This document shows, piece by piece, positions 57,011 through 64,000 of a stretch of DNA of 64,000 bases. A program made the translations under genes and the position numbers. The stretch is from an uncultured Candidatus Rokubacteria bacterium (lineage in GTDB: Bacteria; Methylomirabilota; Methylomirabilia; Rokubacteriales; CSP1-6). The stretch lies in the NCBI GenBank assembly GCA_963747235.1, contig CAVVEU010000004.1, positions 96,001-160,000 on the forward strand, given 5' to 3'. A model generated the notes under the pieces. That model was given only the letters and a program-made list of their open reading frames with translations, was not told the origin of the DNA and ran no database searches. Each line of letters begins with the position of its first letter. The first letter of the stretch is position 1.

Positions 57011-58036
57011 CTAGGCGCCGAAGAACTCCACGAAGCGCGTCTTGATCTCCTCGGTCCGCTTCTCGAGCTCCTCCGGATCCACCTGCAGGAGCTTGAGGTC
57101 GCCGAGCTTCGGCCGGTCGGCCGGGTACTTCACGTCCGGGTGCCCGGTGTAGAGGCCCTCGGTGTCGGCCAGGACCTGCTGGATCTCGCGGCTGAAGATG
57201 AAGTCGGTGAAGAGACGGGCCGCGTTGGGATGCGGCGCGAAGCTGGTGATCGCGCTCGGGGAGACCACCAGGGGCACGCCTTCCTTGGGGAAGACGATCT
57301 CCACCGGATTGCCCTTCTTCTTGAGCTGGTAGAAGGTGTAGTCGCCGCCGTTGACCGCGACCGGCCGCTCGCCGGAGGCCACGATGCCGCCCGGATCCAC
57401 CGCCGACTGCACCAGCATCGGCTTGTTCTGGGCCAGCGCCTTGAAGTAGTCCCAGCCGTGGAGGTGCACGAGGGCCAGGACGTGCGTGGCGATCACCCCG
57501 CTGTAGCCGGGATGGGCGGTGACGAGCTTTCCGCGCCACTTCGGATCGAGCAGGTCCTTCCAGGTGCGCGGGGCCTCCGCGGCGGTGACCTTCTGCGTGT
57601 TGTAGGCGATGACGTTCACGGTGGCGCGCAGGCCGTAGTGGAAGCCGTCGCGGTCCTTGAAGCCGGGCGCGAAGCGGTCCACCCCGGCCGGGGTGTAGCG
57701 CATCAGGAGCTGCTTTTCCTTCAGCAGCACGTAGTGGCCGGCGTCGGAGGTGTGGACGACGTCCACGTTCTTGATGTTGGCCTGGAGCTCCTGCATCATC
57801 CGCTGCAGGATCCGCTGCGAGCCGGTGCGGTGCACCTCGACCTTCACGCCCGGATACGCGGTCTCGAAGAGCTTGGCCACCTTCTCCGAGCTGGTCAGCG
57901 CGAGCGAGGTGTACCAGACGACCTTGCCCTCCTTGCGCGCGGCCTCGAGCCGCGCATCCTGCGCGGCCGCGGGGGCGGCGGAAACGATGAAGGCCGAGAC
58001 CAGCAGGACCAGCGCGCGGCAGTGATATCTCATCAC
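57011..58036 (-). CDS. FbpA/AfuA-like ABC substrate-binding protein
   Basis: Signal peptide; ARKEGKVVWYTS, PRTWKDLLDPKW, APHPNAARLF. Confidence 0.9.
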   Translation of the reverse strand: MMRYHCRALVLLVSAFIVSAAPAAAQDARLEAARKEGKVVWYTSLALTSSEKVAKLFETAYPGVKVEVHRTGSQRILQRMMQELQANIKNVDVVHTSDAGHYVLLKEKQLLMRYTPAGVDRFAPGFKDRDGFHYGLRATVNVIAYNTQKVTAAEAPRTWKDLLDPKWRGKLVTAHPGYSGVIATHVLALVHLHGWDYFKALAQNKPMLVQSAVDPGGIVASGERPVAVNGGDYTFYQLKKKGNPVEIVFPKEGVPLVVSPSAITSFAPHPNAARLFTDFIFSREIQQVLADTEGLYTGHPDVKYPADRPKLGDLKLLQVDPEELEKRTEEIKTRFVEFFGA

Positions 58037-58043
58037 GACTCCT

Positions 58044-59441
58044 CTAGGCGGTGAGGGCGTCCATCAGGGGGGCGAGGCGCGGCTGCGCGGCCAGCGCGTC
58101 CACGAGCGCGACCACGCGCGTGGCCTGCGCGTCGGGTACGGCCTCCGCCGCGTTGGCGCGGAACTTGGCGGTGAGCTCCTCGCGCGTCATCGGGGCATCG
58201 GGCCCGCCGCGCGGGTGGTCCTGCCGCTCCTCCAGCACGCGCCCGTCGGTCAGGCGCACCGCCACGTGCCCGATGAAGTGACGCGGGTAGTCGATGGTCG
58301 GGTCGATGTCGTAGTAGACCTTGGCCGCCACCGCGCGCAGCGTCTCGTCGCGCACCGCCTCGTCGGTGAAGTCGGCGAGGGTGGCCCGGCCGTTGACCAG
58401 GATCGAGGCGAGCAGGTAGGGCAGGCTGAACTTGGCCGCGTAGCCGTTCTTCGGCCGGTGCTTGGCCGCGAGCGGCTCCCAGAGGCGCGGGATCGGGCCC
58501 TCCGCGGTGCGGCAGCGGATCTCGGCGATGTCCTCGGGCCGCGGCCGGTGGCGCTCGCGGAGGCGCAGCGCGCAGTCCATGTAGGGATGCGCGATGGAGC
58601 CGCACGGATAGGGCTTGAAGGTGAGGTTGCCGATCTCCCACGTCCGCCCCAGGCTCTCGACCAGCGCCTCCAGACGGGCCGCTTCGTGGCCGCCCGCGAA
58701 GGCCGCGTAGAAGCCGTGCTCGCCCTCGAAGACCGTCTCCGGCCCGGTGAAGCCGGCGCGCGCCAGCAGGGCCGCGGTCACGCCCGCGTGGGCGGCCCAC
58801 CCGGGATGCAGGCGCTTGGTCCAGGAGCCGTCGGCCAGGTACTCGATGATGCCGGAGGCCTGGCTGCCGCAGATGCCGAGGGCGTGCACGAGCTGGTCCT
58901 CGGTCAATCCGTAGAGCCGCCCCGCCACGGCGGCGGCCGCGAAGCTGCCGGTGAGCGCGGTGGGGTGGTAGTGGCGCGCGTGAAAGCGCCCCGGCACCGC
59001 GAGGCCGACCCGGCACATCACCTCGACGCCCACGATCAGCGCCTCGAGCGTGGCGCGGCCGGAGGCCTCCACCGCCTCGCCGACCGCCAGCGCGGTCGTG
59101 ACGGCCACGCAGCCGGTGTGGACGATGGCGTCCTCGCGCGTGTCGTCGAAATCGAGCCCGTGGGCCAGCGTGCCGTTGGCGAGCACGGCGGCGGCGGCGC
59201 CGATCCGGGCCTTGCTGCCGATCACCACGCTCTCCGGCGGGCCCCCGAGGCGGCCCGCGGCCTCCATCACCGAGCGGCCGAAGTCCTGTCGAGAGGACGC
59301 CAGGCAGCTCCCGAGGGTGTCCAGCGCCAGGAGGGTCGCCTGCGCGGAGACAGCGGGCGGCACCGCGTCGAGCGAGAAGCCGGACACGAATCGCGCGAAG
59401 CGCCGAGCGACCGAGAGGGACGAGGCGGGAGGCTGTGGCAC
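58044..59441 (-). CDS. MmgE/PrpD family protein
   Basis: ANGTLAHGLDFDD, KRLHPG, FKPYPCG, AKFSLPY. Confidence 0.92.
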   Translation of the reverse strand: MPQPPASSLSVARRFARFVSGFSLDAVPPAVSAQATLLALDTLGSCLASSRQDFGRSVMEAAGRLGGPPESVVIGSKARIGAAAAVLANGTLAHGLDFDDTREDAIVHTGCVAVTTALAVGEAVEASGRATLEALIVGVEVMCRVGLAVPGRFHARHYHPTALTGSFAAAAVAGRLYGLTEDQLVHALGICGSQASGIIEYLADGSWTKRLHPGWAAHAGVTAALLARAGFTGPETVFEGEHGFYAAFAGGHEAARLEALVESLGRTWEIGNLTFKPYPCGSIAHPYMDCALRLRERHRPRPEDIAEIRCRTAEGPIPRLWEPLAAKHRPKNGYAAKFSLPYLLASILVNGRATLADFTDEAVRDETLRAVAAKVYYDIDPTIDYPRHFIGHVAVRLTDGRVLEERQDHPRGGPDAPMTREELTAKFRANAAEAVPDAQATRVVALVDALAAQPRLAPLMDALTA

Positions 59442-59453
59442 GGCCGTCGGCTT

Positions 59454-59482
59454 GTTCTACTGAACGGGTCGGGGGATGTCAA
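59454..59482 (-). promoter_or_regulatory. Sigma70-type promoter for the PrpD-ABC operon
   Basis: TTGACA-N17-TAGAAC on the minus strand, 12 nt before GTG 59441. Confidence 0.55.
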
Positions 59483-59552
59483 CGACGAACTTCCGCTGCT
59501 CCGCGGCGGGCCGGTGGCGGACGCGTCGCCGGCGCGCTATGATCCGGGCGCA

Positions 59553-59947
59553 ATGGAAGAGATGGTGACCTCGCGTGCGACTGGGGTAGCGCAGGTCTTC
59601 GATCTGCACGCGTTGAAGGCGTTCGCCCCCGACAAGCGCGTGCGCAAGATGCTCTTCAAGACCGACCAGCTCTGGTCGGAGATCGCCTGCTACGAGCCGG
59701 GCCAGTCCACCGTGATGCACACGCACCCGAAGGAGGAGGAGGCGATCTTCGTCCTGGAGGGGACCGCCCACATGAGCATCGACGGCGAGGAAGTGGTCGT
59801 CGAGGCGGGCTCCATCGTGAAGTTTCCCCGGAGCGTCATGCACGACGTCCGGAATCTGGGTCCCGAGCGCTGCGTCATCATGTTCCTCAAGGTCAATCCC
59901 AAGGGCTGTCCGGGCCCAGGGTGCTGTCCGCGAAGGCCGATGGGTAA
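59553..59947 (+). CDS. Cupin domain protein (C-terminus disturbed near 59900-59925)
   Basis: MHTHPKEEEAIFVLEG, FPRSVMHDVRN; TATGAT -10-like box upstream. Confidence 0.82.
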
Positions 59948-60287
59948 CGTCGAGCGCTGCGACAAGACCCTGCCGGTGAACGAGATGATCTTCTACGTTC
60001 GCCGGGACGCGGTGCTGCGGGCCCGCTGGCTCAGCGACCTCGAAGGCCTCGCGCGCGAGTTCGGCCTGAGCCGGGAGGAGTACGAGGCGGTCCGCGACAA
60101 GGACGTCCGGCGGCTCAACGAGATGGGGGTGCACCAGTACTACATCCCCCAGATCCTCCGGCTCTTCTACGGGGCCTCCGCCAACAGCAATAGCCACCCG
60201 GCGCTCGAGGCCTACCGCCGGGCCTACCCGGCCGAGACCGCCGCCGCGGAGCGGTTGCTCGCCCCGCCCGCGCGGCGGGAGGGCTGA
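59940..60287 (+). CDS. LigA-like small subunit of an extradiol ring-cleavage dioxygenase
   Basis: FGLSREEYEAVRDKDVRRLNEMGVHQY helical LigA-type pattern; immediately upstream of a LigB-like gene. Confidence 0.72.
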   Translation: MGNVERCDKTLPVNEMIFYVRRDAVLRARWLSDLEGLAREFGLSREEYEAVRDKDVRRLNEMGVHQYYIPQILRLFYGASANSNSHPALEAYRRAYPAETAAAERLLAPPARREG

Positions 60288-60289
60288 GC

Positions 60290-61132
60290 GTGGCGCGCAT
60301 CGTGGCCGCGATGGCGATGACGCACTCCCCCGGGCTCACCGGCTGGTTCGACCGGGCCCCCGAGGACCAGCGGCTCGAGGCCCGGCGCGCGCTGGACGAG
60401 ATGCGGGAGCGGCTGCGGGCCGCCCGGCCCGACGTGATCCTGCTATTCAGCAACGATCACCTGCTCAACTGGCCGATCAACAACACGCCCGAGTACACGG
60501 TCGGCATCGGGGCCGAGCACGTGGGCCCCGCCGACTGGTACGACGAGTGGCTCGCGCTGGCGAAGTACCGCATCCCCGGGCAGCCCGCGCTCGCCCGCCA
60601 CCTGGTCAACGAGGGCGCGCGGCGGCGGCTCGCCTTCTCGTACCTGCGCGAGATGCAATTCGACGACGGGGTGTCGGTGCCGATGCACTACCTGAATCCC
60701 GAGGGTGATATCCCGCTGGTGCCGGTGACGATGAACTGCACGGTCCCGCCCATCCCGACGCCCGCGCGCGCCTACGAGGTGGGGACGATCGTCCGGGAGA
60801 TGGTGCGGGCCTATCCGGGCGACGAGCGCGTCGCGGTGGTCGCCACCGGCGGCCTCTCGCACGAGCCGGGCGGCCCGCGCTACTTCTGGGTGGACGAGGA
60901 GTTCGACCGGTGGTTCCTCGGCCTGCTCGAGCAGGGCGATCACGCGGCGCTGCTGCGCGAGTGCACGCTCGAGCGCATGGAGGCCGCGGGCTCCGGCGGC
61001 ACCGCGGAGCTGCTCGCGTGGATTCTCGCGCTCGCGTTCACGAGTGGCCCCGCCGAGGTGCTCGCGTACATGCCCGCGGTGGCCTGGCGATCGGGTACCG
61101 GCATGGTGGTCTGGCCGGAGGTCAAAAATTGA
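60290..61132 (+). CDS. LigB-like (type II extradiol) ring-cleavage dioxygenase catalytic subunit
   Basis: MTHSPG, SNDH, TGGLSH, FDRWFL, AELLAW. Confidence 0.88.
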   Translation: MARIVAAMAMTHSPGLTGWFDRAPEDQRLEARRALDEMRERLRAARPDVILLFSNDHLLNWPINNTPEYTVGIGAEHVGPADWYDEWLALAKYRIPGQPALARHLVNEGARRRLAFSYLREMQFDDGVSVPMHYLNPEGDIPLVPVTMNCTVPPIPTPARAYEVGTIVREMVRAYPGDERVAVVATGGLSHEPGGPRYFWVDEEFDRWFLGLLEQGDHAALLRECTLERMEAAGSGGTAELLAWILALAFTSGPAEVLAYMPAVAWRSGTGMVVWPEVKN

Positions 61133-61274
61133 CACCCAGCAAGCGTCCTCCTGTGGACGACCGGAGTGACACGTGAGAATCGTTCATCAGCGAACCGCCG
61201 CTAAGTCCAAGCCCCGTCTCACCCGTCCGGCTGGCGCTGTTCTTGCTCCTTCCCGGCCCGGGGGAACGAGTGTC

Positions 61275-61700
61275 ATGAGGGTACAGACGGGGCAGGAATC
61301 GTCGGTGTTTCGCAAGCCGACCGCTCCGCCCCCCGATCGTGCCGCACAGCGGCGTGGCCCCGAGGCGCGCAGCGATCGGTCGGTGGTGATTCCCGCGCGG
61401 GTGGCGTCGTCCCTGTCGCGCACGGTGCGCGAGCAGCTCGCGTATCTCACGCCGGATCAGCAGCGCGCGTTCCTGTGGCGCTACCGGGCCCAGGCGAAGT
61501 CGCCGGTCGTCGCGCTCGCGTTCCTCCCCCTCGGCTGGCACTACCTCTATCTGCGCAAGCGCGGCCTCCAGGTCCTGTTCTGGATCACCCTGGGCGGGCT
61601 CGCGGCGTGGTGGGTGCTGGACTTCTTCCGCATCCACAAGCTCGTGCGCGATTACAACCGGCGCGTGGCGATGCACGTGATGCGGGCGCTCTGGGGGTAG
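61275..61700 (+). CDS. TM2 domain-like membrane protein; start uncertain
   Basis: KSPVVALAFLPLGWHYLYL..LFWITLGGLAAWWVLDFFRI..YN. Confidence 0.7.
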   Translation: MRVQTGQESSVFRKPTAPPPDRAAQRRGPEARSDRSVVIPARVASSLSRTVREQLAYLTPDQQRAFLWRYRAQAKSPVVALAFLPLGWHYLYLRKRGLQVLFWITLGGLAAWWVLDFFRIHKLVRDYNRRVAMHVMRALWG

Positions 61701-61726
61701 GGTAGCCGGCCGGTCCGTCCGTCCCC

Positions 61727-62041
61727 ATGGATTCCGCCTTCACCCGCGTCGCGGGCTGCGATCTCTGTCGCGCCGCGCGCATCACCCCGTGGTTCCACGA
61801 AGACGACATCTGCTGGATCGCGGAGTGTGAGATCTGCGCGGTGCCCATGGTGGTCTGGCGCTACCACGGCACCGAGCCGCCCGCCGAGCACCTCACCCAC
61901 ATGCACGCGCGCCTGCGCGAGATCGCGACCGCGCAGCTCGGCGACTGCTACATCGACGACCACATGCGCAACATCCCCGACCACTACCACGCCCACGGCC
62001 GACCCAAGGGCGGGTTCTTCGGCCCCGGCGCCCGGCGCTAG
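61727..62041 (+). CDS. Small HIT-like metal-binding hypothetical protein
   Basis: CDLC, CEIC, IPDHYHAH. Confidence 0.7.
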   Translation: MDSAFTRVAGCDLCRAARITPWFHEDDICWIAECEICAVPMVVWRYHGTEPPAEHLTHMHARLREIATAQLGDCYIDDHMRNIPDHYHAHGRPKGGFFGPGARR

Positions 62042-62094
62042 GGGACTCGGAGGGGGCGGTACTACGACCCTCACGATCCAGACAGGAGACGACC

Positions 62095-62487
62095 ATGGCA
62101 GAGAGCGAGCTCCACCGGAAGGGTAGCGAGATCCGCCGCAAGCTGCTGGGCGACAAGTACGTGGAGCGCGTGAACGCGACCACCTACAAGGACCCGGTCA
62201 TGCGCACGTTCATCGACGTGGCCACCGAGAACGTCTTCGGCGCGCTCTGGACGCGCCCGGGGCTCGATCTCAAGACGCGCACGCTGGTGTGCGTGGTCTC
62301 CGACGCGGCCACCGGCCGCGAGCCCGAGCTGCGCATCCACCTGCGCATGGCGCTGCGCCAGGGCTGGACCGAGACCGAGCTGATCGAGACCCTGATCCAC
62401 ATGTCGGGCTACGTGGGCGTGCCCATCATCCGCGAAGCCATGATCGCGGCGGGCCAGGTGTTCGCGGAGGTGAAGGCCGAGGGCTGA
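62095..62487 (+). CDS. Carboxymuconolactone decarboxylase family protein
   Basis: FGALWTRPGLDLKTRTL, HLRMAL, YVGVP; AGGAG RBS. Confidence 0.88.
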   Translation: MAESELHRKGSEIRRKLLGDKYVERVNATTYKDPVMRTFIDVATENVFGALWTRPGLDLKTRTLVCVVSDAATGREPELRIHLRMALRQGWTETELIETLIHMSGYVGVPIIREAMIAAGQVFAEVKAEG

Positions 62488-62490
62488 GGG

Positions 62491-63687
62491 TCAGCCGGGG
62501 ACGCCGCCCGGCAGCTCCACCCAGAACGTGCTGCCCGCGCCGTCGGTGCTCTCCACGCCGATGCGGCCGGCGTGCGCTTCCACGATGCTCCGGGTGATGG
62601 CCAGGCCGAGGCCGGTGCCCGAGATGCCCGCGGTCGCCTCGTTCGCTACCCGGTAGAACTTGTCGAAGACGTGCGGCCTGGTCCCGGGCGGGGATGCCGA
62701 TGCCGTTGTCGAGGACCCGGACGCGCACCGGGCTCCCGGTGTCGTCCGGCGCCTCCACCGTGACCCGCACCCGCCCACCGTCGCGGGTGTATTTGATCGC
62801 GTTGCCGATCAGGTTCATCAGCACCTGCTGCAGGCGCGCACCCACCCCCAGGACGGCGGCCGTGGATGGCGCCTCGATTGCGACCGTGATCCGTTTGCCC
62901 TCCGCCAGCGTGGCGAGCGCCTTCACCACGTCCCCGATCAGGGGCACGAGGTCGAGCGGCTCGCCGGCCCCCTCGAGGCCTGCTTCGATCTTGCCGAGGT
63001 CCAGGAGATCGGTCACGAGCTCGGTCATGTTCTTCGCGCTGCGCAGGATGCGCTCGCACCGGTCGCGATAGGCCTGCTCGCCGCCCGGCGTGGGTGGCGC
63101 CTTCAGCAGGAGCTCCGCGGTCATCGCGATCGCCATGATCGGGCTCTTGAGGTCGTGCGACACCGTGCTGACGAAATCGGTCTTCATCTGCTCGAGCTCT
63201 TTCAGCAGCGAGATGTCGCGCAGGATGGCGGTCAGGCCGACCGCCTCACCGTACTCGGTTGTCACGACGATGAGGCTGGCCTGGGCGGTGCGCCCATCGG
63301 GCAGGAGCAGCGCCGCGATGCCCGGCCGTCCGGCCTCGAGCAGGCGGCGGAGCGGCTCGTGCGCGATCGCCTCGGCGAACGGGCGGCCGGTCATGGTGTC
63401 CGGGGCCACGCCCAGCATCGCGCGCACCGCCGGATTGGCGAGGAGCACCAGGCCGTCCTGGCCGACCATGACCACCGCGTCGGCGGTGCTGGTCAGCACC
63501 GCGGCCAGCGTGCCGCGCTCGTCGGCCAGCGCCTGGTAGGCGCGACAGGTCTCGAGCCCGCCCGAGAGGCCCGCCGCCACGAGCGTGCCGATCTCGAGAT
63601 CGTCGAGCGTGTAGGGCGCGGCCGGGCGAAGAGCAGCGCGCCCAGGACCTGGGGGCTCGGAGGCGACTCCGGAGCGTCCGACGCCAT
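62491..63687 (-). CDS. PAS-domain sensor histidine kinase (frameshifts near 62680 and 63580-63600)
   Basis: PAS (ANPAVRAMLG..ILRDIS), SHDLKSP, NLIGNAIKY, DNGIG, GTGLGL. Confidence 0.88.
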
Positions 63688-63694
63688 GCCGGCC

Positions 63695-64000
63695 TCAGCG
63701 GCCCTCCATGATCTCCCGCATCCGCTTGAAGGTCAGGATACGCCGCCGATTCGCCTCCGGCATGTTCTCGAGATCCACCGGCTGCGTCACCGTGAGGCCG
63801 TAGGCCTGGTAGGTGGGGATGTCGGCCTCGGCCAGGCCCGCGGTCGCGCGCTTGCGCTCGAAGGCGGCCGCCACGTACGGGGCCAGCTCCTCCGCCTTGC
63901 GCGCCGCGCGCGCGGCCTCGCGCTCCTTGAACTCCGGCATCACCGAGGCCGCGAACAGCTCGAGCGACTCGCAGATGTGCTCGTGGCGATTCTTGCCGCC
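63695..64000 (-). CDS. C-terminus of an LLM-class flavin-dependent oxidoreductase; runs off the window edge
   Basis: GGKNRHEHICESLELFAASVMPEFKERE. Confidence 0.75.
   Translation of the reverse strand, partial: GGKNRHEHICESLELFAASVMPEFKEREAARAARKAEELAPYVAAAFERKRATAGLAEADIPTYQAYGLTVTQPVDLENMPEANRRRILTFKRMREIMEGR

Noticed and set aside
59553-60287. Apparent cupin-LigA fusion with a Cys-rich linker (KGCPGPGCC)
   Set aside because: The junction holds a short duplication (GCTGTCCG twice) typical of consensus error, and another frame ends the cupin at TAA 59947, overlapping the LigA ATG. Not fully excluded.

Overview
A very GC-rich, gene-dense bacterial chromosomal segment with about 70 protein-coding genes. 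I saw no rRNA, tRNA, CRISPR array, transposase, integrase or phage gene. About a third of the genes are broken by single-base indels. These fall in otherwise intact housekeeping genes and look like uncorrected long-read errors, so genes were stitched across frames by eye and several long 'fusion' ORFs in the track are artefacts. The repertoire (Tat-exported sugar-type ABC binding proteins, a COG2984 binding protein, LLM monooxygenases, CMD, NIPSNAP, dCache-GAF kinases) suggests a soil organism such as Rokubacteria/Methylomirabilota; this is inference only. Main blocks: catabolic and housekeeping genes (1-13.5 kb); three carbohydrate-type ABC cassettes without an ATPase, two of them a tandem duplication with conserved promoters (13.5-23.2 kb); a general-stress cluster of small proteins with cardiolipin synthase and a BON protein (26.8-33 kb); a kinase, receiver and receiver-cyclase cascade (46.6-51 kb); and a PrpD/ABC operon divergent from a cupin-LigA-LigB operon (54-61 kb). 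The most interesting locus is 40.9-46.6 kb. It is a promoter-led, overlapping four-gene operon joining a ferritin-like diiron (acyl-ACP-desaturase-like) protein to a split, reordered PlsA/PlsR (Ger)-type ATP-dependent Fe-S reductase. It is a candidate ether-lipid or plasmalogen-type lipid modification system. Also notable are a structured promoter-to-terminator intergenic unit at 7.6-7.9 kb, a 164-bp inverted-repeat element and a REP-like palindrome family.
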